Shown here: piece after piece, positions 1-14,181 of the stretch
Layout of the letters: every line of letters begins with the position of its first letter
Numbering within the stretch: the first letter of the stretch is position 1
DNA from: Eledone cirrhosa
Taxonomy: Eukaryota
Reading direction: 5' to 3'
NCBI GenBank assembly: GCA_964016885.1
Contig: OZ024760.1
Coordinates: forward strand, 22,444,001-22,508,000
Length of the DNA stretch: 64,000 nucleotides
Program-made: the position numbers and the translations under genes
Notes under the pieces: generated by a model
Databases searched by the model: none
What the model saw: only the letters and a program-made list of their open reading frames with translations
What the model was told of the DNA's origin: nothing

Positions 1-573
1 AAATACATTCTTTGATATGGTGTGACACAATGAGCAGGTGAAACCAACTCAACTGTATTTGCAATCTGTCAGTAAATACAAGGGGGGGGGGTCGTTTCTT
101 TCTGAGATTTATGTCGTCTGAACAGATTTTATAAATTAATTTACGTAAATAATTGCCAAGGCCGACCATTGTAAAAAATATCTCACTAAATCCAAAACAC
201 TAAATGATACAGTATGTTGAATAACTCTTGGACATGTAAATAATTGTATGTATACACACACACACAGATATACTAATATACATATATGTATACATATATA
301 TATATATACACATACGTATATAAGCTTACATATCTTAGCCCATTCTACTACACCAAGTCTCGAGTATTCTAGTGTGTAATGGTCCAACCAGTTTCTAACT
401 GAATCCATCCTCATAAAACATACATATATTCATATAAATATATTTAAACATACATACATAAGTATATATACAGATATATTAAATATACATATGTATATAA
501 TGTGTGTGTATATGTATGTTTAAATATATATATATATGTGTATGTTTATGAATGTATATGTATGCATGTTTAA

Positions 574-610
<37 letters not shown>

Positions 611-721
611 AATGTACTTTCACAAAAACCTTGCATATATATATACCTCTCTCTATCTCTCCCCCTCTCTCTCTCTCTCTGTATATATATATATGTGTGT
701 ATCACTCACTCTCTTTCTCAC

Positions 722-791
<70 letters not shown>

Positions 792-1051
792 TATATATCT
801 GACCAGGAATGCTTTTTGTGAGAATCAGTCATATGGAACTATTGTCATCTTGCCTGACGGTTTGAACTTTACAACACCACCTGCCTCTTTGAGGTCAAAT
901 ACCAACCCTACTAGCATCTACAAACTGACCAATGAGAATTAAGACTATTCCTACTAACAACATTAAATTATTCCTAACAAGCTCATATGTCCCAAGGCTC
1001 TGATACCATCAACACTATAAACACAGAGCTGGCATATCTAGGAACTGACTA

Positions 1052-1106
1052 ACTGCCTGATGAGGTCATAGCCATTCAATGGCTATCCTCGAATATATAT
1101 AGCAGT
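1052..1106 (+). ncRNA. Hammerhead ribozyme motif, one core A missing (same family as 36355)
   Basis: ACUGC CUGAUGA GGUC AUAGCCAUU C AAUGGCUAU CCUC GAA UAUAUA UA GCAGU, immediately followed by AATAAA. Confidence 0.65.
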
Positions 1107-1166
1107 AAATAAAGGATTATGAGTTCATGCAATTGACTTATGTTTCGTCACTATATAGTTATATAT

Positions 1167-1197
<31 letters not shown>

Positions 1198-1609
1198 TAT
1201 TATACTTGGGGAGGGTCATATTTGTGTAATATTGCCAGAATTAATAACAGAACACACTCACTGTTTGGTTGGTTTTCGCTTCTCACTTCTGTGTCTTTTA
1301 TATCGGTAATCTAACTTACTCGGTCCTCAATGTTGCCATTGACTGACCGACGGTCAAAAATAATACAGATACAATATAGTCACAAACACATATATATAGT
1401 TTATCATAAATCTTTCGTTGCACATCTGCAACATCGTCAGTGGTGTTATATTATCCTCCTGTTGTATTGTATGTCTACGCCATTTTTATTCAGTCTGTCT
1501 ATATATTTATTTATATATATATTTATATATATATATATATATATATAAAACTCGCTCTCTTATATATATATAACTCTCTCATATATATATATTTATAACT
1601 CTCTCTCAT

Positions 1610-1656
<47 letters not shown>

Positions 1657-1878
1657 CCTTAGTATTAACCCTCGTCCTGTGGAGTAAATCAACACTCCCA
1701 CTCAGCGGGACATACATTACTGAGAAACAAAACAGATGTATACACATGTCTGCATAAACGTGCACACACATGCACACACACGTTGATGCACACATACAAG
1801 TAGACACACACACACATGTAGACACAAACACATAAGTAGACACACATGCACACACACGTTGATGTACATATACAAGTA

Positions 1879-1927
<49 letters not shown>

Positions 1928-1998
1928 ACACGTATAAATGCATGTACACAGACGTAGGCAAGCATACACATTCTCTCTTTCTCTTTGTATCTGTGTGA

Positions 1999-2050
<52 letters not shown>

Positions 2051-2560
2051 TATATATATATATAGATAGCTCGCTATCAATCTATATATCTTTCTATGTC
2101 TCTATCGATATATAATTACATCTACATATGTATATGCATGACTACATAAAAGCGATTGCTGGTATGTATATGTTTGTATAAATATATATACACACATATG
2201 CATACACACACACGCACTAAATTCTTCTGCACCCTAGACAATGGAAACTACAGCAAAACTCAAAACAAAAATGCAAGTCCACCAACAATAACAATATATA
2301 TTAAAACAACAAAGAAAAATGTACCTGTAAAATCGTTTTGTAGCGATACGCTGTGGGAATATCGGTTTCACCAGAATTGCTAAGTCTATTATTATTCACT
2401 TAGGTTTGTTCTGTGAAGAGAGAACCTGTGAGAGAATTAGCAATCTCTAAAGGAAACAATACAAATTATATACACGCGCGCGCGCGCGTGTGCGTGTGCG
2501 TGTGCGTGTGCGTGTGCGTGTGCGTGTGCGTGTGCGTGTGTGTGTGTGTTCGTGTGTGTG

Positions 2561-2775
2561 AAGGCATGTGGCTGAGTGGTAAGGGAATTGGATTCGCAAT
2601 CGTGAAGTTGTGAGTTCGATTCCTGGACCGTGCGATGCGTTATGTCCTTGAGCAAGACACTTTATTTCACGTTGCTCCTTCTACCTGGAGTTGCGACCGA
2701 TAGATAGTACTAGCAATTGGAAAGACCAACGGAAACATTGTTTCCTTGGTCCGATTTGACGAAAGTCGATCGTTA
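2561..2775 (+). mobile_element. SINE family 2 variant with alternative 3' body (also 59047-59236)
   Basis: tRNA-like head plus shared CCAAYGGAAACATTGTTTCCTYGGTCCGATTTGACG in both copies. Confidence 0.75.
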
Positions 2776-2777
2776 AA

Positions 2778-2834
<57 letters not shown>

Positions 2835-3411
2835 TTACCTCGGCTGCGTTTGTCTGTTTCTCTCTTACTGCTTCCCCATTCTCTCTGTTTCTCTCACGTT
2901 CTTTCGCCCCCTCTGTCAGTTACACTTCCTCCCGACTGACCGCTTCCTCGCACTTCCACTCACTCACTCTCTGTTTCTCCCCTTCTCAATTCCTCCCGTT
3001 TGGCTTACAGTGGGTCTCTTCTTGCTTACATCTCACTCACGTCGGACGGTCTGTACCTTTCGCTCATGAAATCCACCCAGCTTATGCTGACCGGACAACC
3101 ATATTGCTTGTTTTTTTCCTATCTTTGGTTTGCTTTTATCCTTCTATGTTTACTTGTCCCCCTCGCTTTACGCGATTTACTGGTCCCAATAACATTTTTT
3201 AATTATATATCGGAGACGATATGGTGTTAAATATGTTATGATGCAACACTGACTCTTTTTTCCTTTATTCTTATACTATATATATATATATATATATAAA
3301 ATTACACACACAAATATATATATATATATAGTATAAGAATAATATATATATATATATATATATATGATAAAGAACACAAGAGCGTCTACAACATCAAAAG
3401 ATTTTTTATTG

Positions 3412-3456
3412 GCTTACAATGTTTCTTCCTTATGCAACCGTAGGATTCGTCAGAGC
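3412..3456 (-). ncRNA. Minimal type I hammerhead ribozyme
   Basis: Minus strand: GCU CUGACGA AUCCUACGGUUGCAUAAGGAA GAAA CAUUG UA AGC. Core intact, GUA triplet, stem II imperfect. Confidence 0.7.
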
Positions 3457-3531
3457 TATAAAAGGGGTTTGATTGGTGTTATGGACTCTACCAATATATA
3501 TATATAGGGAGGGTCATATTGTTGTAATAAT

Positions 3532-3719
3532 TGTTTCCACTATTGGCACAAGGCCAGCAATTATTCCACTATATTACTGGTACTTTATTTTATCGACCCC
3601 GTAAGGATGAAAGGCAAAGTTAATCTCGGCGGGATTTGAACTCAGAATAGCAAGGGCCGTAACTCTATGCGTCAAAGCATGGCGTCCGACCCTCTACCGA
3701 TACTGCCAATTCACCGCCC
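3532..3719 (-). mobile_element. tRNA-derived SINE (family 1) with 16-bp TSD
   Basis: Head GGCGGTGAATTGGCAG, B-box GAGTTCAAATCC and central CTTTGCCTTTCATCCTTACGGGGTCGATAAAATAAAGTACCAG. TSD ATATTGTTGTAATAAT at 3516-3531 and 3720-3735. Confidence 0.9.
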
Positions 3720-3866
3720 ATATTGTTGTAATAATATTGCCAGAGTTAATAACAGAACACACTCACTGTTTGGTTTGTTTTCGCTTCTGTATCTTTTATA
3801 TCAGTTAATTCATTCGGTCCTCAATGTTTACCATTGACTGACCAACGGTAAACAATCCAGATATAA

Positions 3867-4392
3867 TCTATATATATAAAGCTGTGGTTGTCTGTCTGTC
3901 TATCGATTATTGGCACACATCTCCTCTTAGAATCTCTGACGGAATTGCACCGAAATTGCTATACTTGTACATTGAGCCCTAGCGAAGACATCGGAAAAAA
4001 ATATTTCAAATTGACCCACCCTATGTGACGAAATCGAATCTAATGTATCGATTTTTGAGCGTAAGTGACGAGTTATTTCCCTTTGTTCTGTTTACATTGA
4101 GCGTCTTACGTTGTTTTTCTCTACGTTGCAGTGTTTACATTTTCGATCTTTGTTAATAAATAACCAGTGCAGTTTTTATCCCCAGCATCCTCTTTTGTTA
4201 TAACATTCGGGTTATCGTTATGTTTTCTTAACTTCATAAGGCATATTGTTGGTTGAGGGAATATTAATCAAAAACACCACATGCAAGTCTGCACAGTAGA
4301 CACTACAGTTTTTAAGCCAAAAAAGAAACTTAACATTGTAACTTTAACACAGCTACTGAGCGACCCCGAGCAACGCCGGGCTTTACTGCTAG
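3867..4392 (+). mobile_element. Non-autonomous Helitron
   Basis: 5' A|TCTATATATATAAAG; subterminal hairpin CCCG-AGCAACGC-CGGG (4365-4380); 3' CTAG|T; inserted between A and T with no target-site duplication (TSD). Confidence 0.85.
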
Positions 4393-4630
4393 TATAGATA
4401 TAAACATATATATATAGTCTACCGTTGGTCAGTCAATGTATATTGAGGACCGAATGAATTAATTGATATAAAAGATACAGAAGCGAAAACCAACCAAACA
4501 GTGAGTGTGTTCTGTTATTAATTTTGGCAATATTATTACAACAATATGACCCTCCCCAAGTATAACTATATTTGTTTCGACACACGACTTCATATCAAAA
4601 ACCTCGCAAAACAAATACACACACACACAC

Positions 4631-4673
<43 letters not shown>

Positions 4674-5047
4674 ATAATAATAAATTTGAAGACTAAAATC
4701 TAAAGAGGGCTCGATAAGGATAAATATATATCAAATATATAAGAACCGTAGAACAAATATTTATTACTGTTAATATTTATTAATATATATATTAAATATT
4801 ATTAAATATTTATTACTTTAATCTGTTATTTTAATATATATATATATATATATAGATAGATAGATAGTTTGATTGAAATGGTCAGGCGGTAGGATTCAAG
4901 AGGGAAGATGGATGAGTTGCATAACGTTGAGTACTTTCCATACTAATACATCACAGTTAACTATACGGAATGAAGAATTCTATCCAGTGGTAAACCATCA
5001 AATTTAAATGAGTACATATGAGTGTATATGTATATATATATATATAT

Positions 5048-5480
5048 ATATGAATGTATATATAGTGTATTTTGCAATACACTGTATGCTTAATTAAAAG
5101 TATTTTGAAGACCTTACACTATTGTTTCAAAGTAGTGACTATGTCACTTACTTCTATTTTCAGCAAACAAGGGGAGATAAGCTGACAGTTCTGTTTCGTA
5201 CTGTTGGTACTTATCAAAGCCTACCACTCCCCCTGTTTGCTGAAAATTATGAATGTTGGATTCTTATAGAATTCCAGTAATAATCAGAAACTGATTCTAC
5301 AGAGCGGTTGCCGGTCCAGCAACAGTACGAAACAGAGCTCTGTCAGCTTATCTCCCCTTGTTTGCTGAAAATAGAAGTTAGTGACATAGTCACTACTTTG
5401 AAACAATAGCGTAATGTCTTCAAAGTGCTTTTAATTAAGTATACAGTGTATTGTAAAATACACTATATATACATTCATAT
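5048..5480. repeat. Fold-back element with about 160-bp arms, within (TA)n
   Basis: 5048-5210 is the reverse complement of about 5320-5480. The right arm starts GTAC GAAA CAGAGCTCTG TC AGC, a hammerhead 3' half with a palindromic stem III. Confidence 0.85.
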
Positions 5481-5520
5481 ACGTATATATATATATATAT
5501 CGCTATTTCAGAGCACCAAT

Positions 5521-5564
<44 letters not shown>

Positions 5565-5648
5565 GTATATATATATTGTTATACTTGGGGAGGGTCATAT
5601 TGTTGTACGTATATATATATATATATATCGCTATTTCAGAGCACCAAT

Positions 5649-5687
<39 letters not shown>

Positions 5688-6077
5688 TATATATATATTG
5701 TTATACTTGGGGAGGGTCATATTGTTGTACTAATATCGCCAGAAATAATAACAGAACGCAGTCACTGTTTGGTTGGTTTTCGCTTCTGTTATTAGTTCTG
5801 GCAATATTAGTACAACAATATGACCCTCCCCAAGTATAACAATACTTGTTTCGACACACGACTTCATATCAAAAACCTCGCAAAACAAGCGTGCGTGCGT
5901 GTGTGTGTGCGTGCGTAACTTGGAGAATAAATACGAATATATATATATAGCGGTAGAAATGCTGCAGATGTTGGATATTGTACAAATAGCAGAATAGGCC
6001 GCCATTTTAACTTTTTCCTGTTTATTTTAGAACTGTAGATTTTTTCATCACAGTTGCTTAAATGTTATTGGGCTCGC

Positions 6078-8350
6078 TTCTACCACTACTATTACTACTA
6101 CCTCTACCACTGTTACCACTGCTACATATACTACCACCAATATTACCACAACTACTACCACAACTACTACCACAACTACTACTACTACCACCACCACGAT
6201 TACCACGACTATTCTACCACTACTAGCGCTACTACTATCACCACGATTACCACCACCACTACTACCACAACTACCACCACTATTACAGCTACCACAACCA
6301 CTACGACTACTACCACCACAACTACCATTACTACTACAACTACCACTACTAGTACTACCACCACTACAGCTATTACCACCACCACTACTACTACCACCAC
6401 CACTACTACTACCACCACCACCACCACTACCACCAATACTACAACCATTACTACTAATACCACTACAGCTACTACTACCACCACTACCAATACTACAACC
6501 ATTACTACTACCAGTATTACAGCTACTACTACCACCACTACAGCGTCTACTACCACCACAACTACAGCTACCACCACTACCACCACCAATACTACAACCA
6601 TTACTACTACCTGTATTACAGTTACTACCACCACTAATACTACCACCACTACCGCTACTACCACCACTACCACCACCAATACTACAACCATTACTACTAC
6701 CACCACCACTACAGCTACTACCATCACTACAGCTACTACCACCACTAGTACTACCACCACTACAGCTACTACTACCACCACAACTACATCTACCACCACC
6801 AATATTACAACCATTACTACTACCACCACTACAGCTACTACTACCACCACAACTACATCTACCACCACTACCACCACCAATATTACAACCATTACTAGTA
6901 CCACCACCACTACAGCTACTACCACCACTAGTACTACCACTATTACTACCACAACTACAGCTACCACCACCACTATTACAACCATTACTACTACCACCAC
7001 CACTTCAGCTACTACCACCACTAGTACTACCACAACTACAGCTACTACTACCACCACAACTACAGCTACCACCACTACCACCACCACTATTACAACCATT
7101 ACTACTACTACCACCATTACAGCTACCACCACTACAACCACCAATATTACAACCATTACTACTACTACCACCACTACAGCTACTACCACCACTAATACTA
7201 CCACAACTACAGCTACTACTACCACCACAACTACAGCTACCACCACTACTACAACCATTACTACTACCACCACCACCACCACAGCTACTACTACTAACGT
7301 TTGCTCTTACTACAGCTGCGATATTAACAACCTCATCTTCCAACTGCGTTCTTGCTGTTGTCTCATTCCTATTTTAGCATCCTCCCCCCTCTCCCATCCA
7401 CCTAATCACCACCACCACCACACCACCACATTCTTGCTTGTCACCAACAGTGTCATCACTATCATACTATCATCATCGGCACCGTCATCGTTATCCATCG
7501 CCGTTATCATCATCATCGGCAGCGTCGTCGTCACCATTACTATCGTTATTATTTACTATTCTCGTCGCCATCATTGTCGTTATCATCATTATCGTCGCCA
7601 TTATCATCGCCATTATTATCATCATCATCGATATCATTACCAACGTTGTTACCAACACCACCATCGTCGCCTCCAACAACATCATCATCAATATACCATC
7701 ATCGCCGTCGTTTTTACCAACATCAACTCCACCACATCTTTCAACACCAACATGACATCTAGCACTTCCACCATCCATCACAACTACACCACAACCTCCA
7801 CAACCCCCTACCACCAGCACTACCCCCACCACACACCACCACCACCATTGCTACCACACCGCCACTACTACCACCAGCACTAAGCCCCCCACCACTACCC
7901 CTCACCACCAGCACTAGCCCCACCACACCTCACCACCACCATTACTACCACCCCACCACTACTACCACCAGCACTAAGCCTCCACCACACCTCCACTACC
8001 CCTCACCACTACCCCTTCACCACCAGCACTAGCCCCACCACACCTCACCATTACTACCACCCCACCACTACTACCACCAGCACTAAGCCCCCACCACACC
8101 TCAGCCCCACCACACCTCAGCCCCACCACCATTACTACCACCCCACCACTATTACCACCAGCACTAAGCCCCCACCACACCTTAGCCCCACCACTACCCT
8201 CACCACCAGCACTACCTCCACCACCAAATCTACACCCACCACTCATCGCTACCACTAAATCTACACCCACCACTCATCACTACCACCTCCACCACTACCA
8301 CCAAATATACACCCACCACTCATCACTACCACCTCCACCACTACCAGCAA
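6078..8350. repeat. Degenerate (ACT/ACC), (CAT/CGT) and (CCA) trinucleotide field
   Basis: Low complexity; gives poly-T/V/H ORFs in several frames. Confidence 0.9.
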
Positions 8351-9144
8351 AATAAAACTTTTCTCAACAAGAATTGAAAAAATACACAAAACACTAAAAC
8401 CGTATATTAAATTATATTAAAAAAAAAACGTTACACATTAAATACCTATAAACAATACACACATACACACACTCAAACACACAGTCATGTACTGAAGCAA
8501 GCACACGCACACAAACACACACACAACCACACACACAAACATGCATTGAAGCAAGCACACACACAAACACACCTACAAACATGAACTGCAGCAAGCACAT
8601 ACACATGTACAAAACACACACACACACACACACAAACCTACACACATGAACTGATGCAAGCACAAACAAACATATATACACACACGTATTCCAAACACAC
8701 ACACACACACAAAACGTGCATACACAAAAAAGGTACGCACAAATATAGTGAACACACATCCAATCAAACAAACATACATAAAAATATATAAACACACATA
8801 TGCGAACACACGTACGAATACATTCTTTAAATTAGCAATTATTGTAATAAAGGGTAAATAAGGTAAAAAAAAAAAATGATTTTATATTTAACAAAATTAT
8901 AATTTGGCGTAGAAAAAATATATTCTAAGATGATCACAGTATAAATAAATAAAATTTGTTAAAAAACAAAATGGAGGAAAAAAAAATTTAATTTTCAACT
9001 TTCGTCGAGGTTATGGCGGCCATATTGAATTGTTTTATAAATAGCAAAATGTGTTGCAACGTTGTATTTCAGTGATATTCTATCTTATGTTATCTCGTTA
9101 ATTTGAAATGATTCACGTCTCCCACTTCAGGGATTTAAGCCTTT

Positions 9145-10616
9145 CTCACACACATACTAACACACACAAATGTACGAATATATACACACACATACACACA
9201 CATTTTGTACGCATATATACACAGATACACACACGAATGTACGTATATAGGCACACACATACCCACACACAAATGTACGTATATATGCACACACATACAC
9301 ATAAATGTACGCATAAATACACACACACATACACACAAATGTACGCATATATATATATACACACACACACATACACACACAAACGTACGCATATATACAC
9401 ACATACACACACAAATGTACGCATAAATACACATACACACAAATGTACGCATATATATATATACACACACACACACACAAACGTACGCATGTATACACAC
9501 ATACACACACAAATGTACGAATAAATACACACACACACACAAATGTACGCATATACACTCACACAGACAAATGTACGCATATAAGCTTACGCATACACAC
9601 ACAAATGTACGCATATACACACACACATACACACACAAATGTACGCATATACACACACACATATACAGAAACAAATGTACACATATATATACACACACAT
9701 ACAAACAAATGTACATATATATATACACACACATACACACACGTACGTATATATACACACACATACACACACGTACGTATATATACACACACATACACAC
9801 ACATGTACGTATATATACACACACATACACACATGTACGCATATATGCACACACACACACACACACACACACAAATGTACGCATATATGCACACACACAC
9901 ACACACAAATGTAGGCATATACACACACACATACAGAAACAAATGTACGCATATATATATATAAACACACATACAAACAAATGTACGTATATATACACAC
10001 ACATACACACACAAATGTACGTATATATACACACAAATACACACACAAATGTACACAAACACACACACATACAGAAACAAATGTACGCATATATATATAC
10101 GAACATACAAATGTACGCGTATATACACACACATACACACAAACATGTGCGCATAAATACACACACACACACGCAAATGTACGCATATATGCACACACAA
10201 CACACAAAAGTACGCATATATGCACATACTAACACACACAAAAGTACGCATATATACACATATTTACACACAAATGTACACACATATACACATACTAACA
10301 CACAGAAATGTAGACATATATATACACATACTCACACAAATGTACGCATATATACATATATACACATACACAGAAATGTACGCATATGTACACACACAGA
10401 CACACAAACAAAGGTACGTATATAAGCGCGCGCGCGCACACAGAGGTTAAGTTAAGCGTACATACACATATACACATGAAGGTACGCATATACACACACT
10501 TACGCAAAAGTACGCATACACGCACACAAAGGTATGCATACACATGCATACTCACTAAGACAGAAAGGTACGCATACATACGCGCTCACACACACTCCCA
10601 CACACATATATATATA

Positions 10617-10688
<72 letters not shown>

Positions 10689-11060
10689 TGTGAGTGTGTT
10701 GTGAACTGTCAGATGTCACAAACTGTAGGTGAACTATATATACACACAAACACACACACACATATATATATAAATGTATACACATACACATATATACATG
10801 CATATACACACACACATATATATATATACATACATAAATATACATTTATATATATATACATATATACACATACATAAATATACATTTATATATATATATA
10901 CATACACACATGTATATATATACATATAGACACATACACACGCACATATATATACATTTATATACATACACGCATATTGATATATATACATACATATACA
11001 CATATACATACACATATATAATATATATATATATATATACAGATACATGTGTGTATATAT
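9145..11060. repeat. Compound (CA)/(TA) minisatellite, unit AAATGTACGCATAT(AC)n
   Basis: Visible directly in the sequence. Confidence 0.9.
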
Positions 11061-11785
11061 CAATAATGTAGTGATAATATATCGTTACGTTAGAGATGAA
11101 CAGCGTACGTGTAGGTTTGCTCAACGAGTAAAAATTATATTCCGGAGAAAATATAGAAAAGATGAATATAAAATGAAAGTGCTTTTATAAAGTAATTTAT
11201 TAGGTAACAGACGGAATACCTATGTATCGCTGCTTGCGTAATCATATAATGTTAGCAAGTATTCGATAGCAAATGTATAATCAGTTGTCACTTCTTCAGA
11301 GATATTGGATAAATTTGAAAAAAAAATCAGAAAAATTGAAGTATTTATATTAGTTGTAAGAAAGGAAGAAGAGAGGGGGATAGTATATGACAGATGGCAA
11401 TTCAATTTACTGGTAAACAAGTATATAGAAGGTTTCTAATGAGAATACAATGAGTTTATGGCTTATTTTATCTAAATAAGAAATTTTGGGAGAGCCTATT
11501 TTAATCTATACTTGACCAGTTGAACAATGGACAGGGCTGGTCGTTTGGTGTAGCAGTATTAATAGATATAAAGTGTCAATTAAGGAAGAGGGACTTTTCA
11601 CTGCACCGTATAACAACAATGCTGGTAGCCTGCTGGTATGTGCATTAGGGAATTGAATTAAGAAATATCATTTTATCTATAGCGGTTTATATTAAATGGT
11701 AAAGAATAGAAGAGTTGATAGAATTAAGACTAATAGAGAATGTTAATATGTATTTTGACAATCAAACGGAGATGGAGACAGGCGT

Positions 11786-12965
11786 TCAATCCTGGTAGCG
11801 TTTGTAATATGAAAATTTAGATTTCAAGCGATAGTTACAGTATAACGATCGCTCTATTCTGTTATTTAATAAAATATTTTTGGATTTCATAATACAAAAT
11901 AATTCCATATTACACAATTTACAAAATTCCTATCCTTGGGAGTATGCAGGGGCAGTTGCTATTATATCCCATTTTAGGTTAAATTGTTGGTTATTTTCGC
12001 GCAGCTGCCAAGCCTTGTCTGCGAGTGTTGTTACATAACGCTGGTTTTCATGTTTTATCGAGTAAAGATGTCTATAAAGGCGAGATTTGAAGGAGGTAGC
12101 TGTAGACCCCACATAGTACCACTTCTGGCTACCCGATTCGATAGTACATTTGTATATGATGTTGCGTTCAAGATACTGATTGTTTAACGGACACATTCCT
12201 GGTTGGACACAGTTGCAGTTATAATTTTGCGTTGTTGTATTGGCATGGATGGGTTGATGAGGTTGCTTAGGTAGGACGGGATGTTGTTTGTTGTTTTGTG
12301 ATGTTATAGCCGATGTTTTACGTGTATTGTTATGTGTTGGAAGGCGTTTATACAACCGTTTTGCGTTAAGCTTTTTTATATGTTGTTCAATATTAGGAGC
12401 CGTTGAATATGAAAGTCGAATAGTGTTAGGGTTTAAGATTTTATTATATTTATGAGATGTTGGAAAGTGTTTTTTAACTAATCGAAAGAATTGTGAGGGT
12501 AGATTGGTTTTAATAGAGTTGTTATAGACCGGGTTGTACCATATATACTCTTTACATCGCCTTCTGTTTGGTGGTGTGCGACTATTAGTGTGTCTATTGC
12601 GGTAGTGTATGTATGGTGGTGATTCTATGCTATTTCTACCTCTATGAGATTTATTTTGGGTGTTTTGGTGATCGTCGACTATATACTCTATATTATCTAG
12701 GTGTCCAGCCTTCCTAAGTGCATCATCATAATATTCGGCATGTTCTTTGAAGGTTTGCTGGTTGGACGACAGGCGGGAGATTCTAAGGGAAATATTTCTA
12801 GGGATGGATTTAATTATAGAGGGTGGGTGGTTAGAACCCGTATTTACATATTTAAGGTTCTCATTTAGTTTATGGAACGGTTTAATCATTTCTGTATTGA
12901 GATTCAAAGTAACACCAAGGAAATTAATCTCTTTGAGGTTATATTCAAATGTAAAGAGATTGGAT
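11786..12965 (-). mobile_element. 5'-truncated Penelope-like element ORF (end of RT + linker + GIY-YIG endonuclease), Naiad-type, pseudogenised
   Basis: The frame reads LFTFEYNLKEINFLGVTLNL (late RT motif)...YVNTGSNHPPSIIKSIP...WYNPVYN...CNCVQPGMCPL (CxCx5CP linker)...NIIYKC...YYVGST..FKSRLYRH (GIY-YIG). After a TAG at 11930-11932 it continues EFCKLCNMEL...CNYR to a TGA at 11786-11788. Probable 3' UTR extends toward about 11050. Confidence 0.92.
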
Positions 12966-12989
12966 CCAATCCAATCTCTTCTATAGATA

Positions 12990-13459
12990 ACACTAGGTCA
13001 CTTGTTAATAACTCTGTTAATCTCTCTAATCGCAATTGCCCTGTTAAAAATAAATGTCCTTTCAACAACCATTGTCTTGAAAAAAACTTAATCTACGAAT
13101 GTAAAGTTATAACTGACACAAATTCCTTTACCTATTTTGGCTCCACTTCCACCTCCTTTAAAGCTCGTTTTTACAATCATCATTCGTCTTTTAAATACCA
13201 ACTTAAAAGAACCAACACGGCACTCTCAGAACTCATATGGTCCTTGAAAGACAAACATATTAACTATAACATCTCTTGGAAGAAGGTTTGTTCTGCTTCT
13301 TCAGACTTGAATAGTTCTCTATCCAAGACATGCAATCTCTGTTTATGTGAAAAATTTACCATTATATCTAATTTAGATTCTATAATAAATAGACGCACTG
13401 ACTTGTTTTCTCTCTGCTTGCATAAATTCCACAGAACATTCCATAAAGTATACAGCTAA
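12990..13459 (+). mobile_element. Second, divergent Penelope-like element: C-terminal GIY-YIG domain only
   Basis: RNCPVKNKCPFNNHCLEKNLIYECKV...TYFGSTSTSFKARFYNH...TALSELIW...CNLCLCEK...CLHK, followed by an AT-rich 3' UTR-like tract to about 14045. The N-terminal part of supplied ORF 12872..13459 is antisense of the neighbouring element. Confidence 0.9.
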
Positions 13460-14181
13460 TATCTAATACTTTATCAATTTAAAATCCTTTTCTCAAAGGC
13501 ACATATATATATATACATATATATTTCTTTAAAAATATACCCATCTTTCTACCTTATTTCAATGTTATTTATTATACATTATATAATACTAGTTACTCAT
13601 TCTATTTCACTCCTATTTATCACTTCCCTTTCTTTTTTCCTTTCTTTTTCTTTTTCATTTAATTTCTAACCCCTAATCTGTGCCTTTTCTTCCTAGACAC
13701 TTCTCAATTATCATTGTGCCTAACGTAGAAACAATTATTACTCAGCACAATATATTCTTACTTTATATCACCTTGAAAAAATCCTTCGTAAACAAACATT
13801 TTTTTGACGTTAGATTATTCATCCTCAATTCATTATTTTTTTCTCCCTTTCATGTTCATCTAACTTATACACATTACACTTATTCATCCACTCTTCTACT
13901 TCTTTCACAATATATCCTTAATTACATTACTATTGCTATATTTTTATATTTTTTAATAATACATATCAACAATTTCTTTTCATCGCACATATTATTAAAC
14001 CCTTAAATATACAAACCTTAATTTAACATTATTCTAAAAAAATGTTCTCATATATATATATGTACGTATGGATTCACCAAACATTTATTATAATTCTCGG
14101 TGTGTTTGTAAACAAACATCCCGTATTAAGCCGTAGTGTCATGCAACCATCGTTGCTCATTTGTTCAACACTGACAAAGGA

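Larger units (their letters stand above)
3507..4617. mobile_element. Family C short repeat forming a palindrome, interrupted by a SINE and a Helitron
   Basis: GGGAGGGTCATATTGTTGTAATAATATTGCCAG...GACTGACCAACGGTA on the left arm and its reverse complement on the right. Other copies at 1200-1370, 5576-5888 and 46130-46672. The fixed end AAAACCTCGCAAAACA is followed by a dinucleotide repeat. Confidence 0.75.

Noticed and set aside
2561-2630. tRNA gene (A/B boxes; also 36745-36815, 40380-40460, 59047-59105)
   Set aside because: No closed cloverleaf, and the sequence runs directly into SINE body, so these are SINE heads.
5828-5888. Half-hammerhead GAAA-CAA-GTA-TTG-TT on the minus strand of family C
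   Set aside because: No CUGANGA or stem I upstream in any of three copies, and the fixed end of the family implies the opposite sense.
6054-7883. 609-aa Thr-rich mucin-like ORF
   Set aside because: It is an (ACT/ACC)n field open in several frames on both strands, with a TTG start and no signal peptide or domain. A similar field occurs at 23.3-24.7 kb.
11786-13459. Selenocysteine recoding, as reported for some Naiad PLEs
   Set aside because: Conserved Cys positions are TGT/TGC or point-mutated (TAT, CGC). The internal stop is TAG at a non-Cys position, and there is no in-frame TGA at Cys sites.
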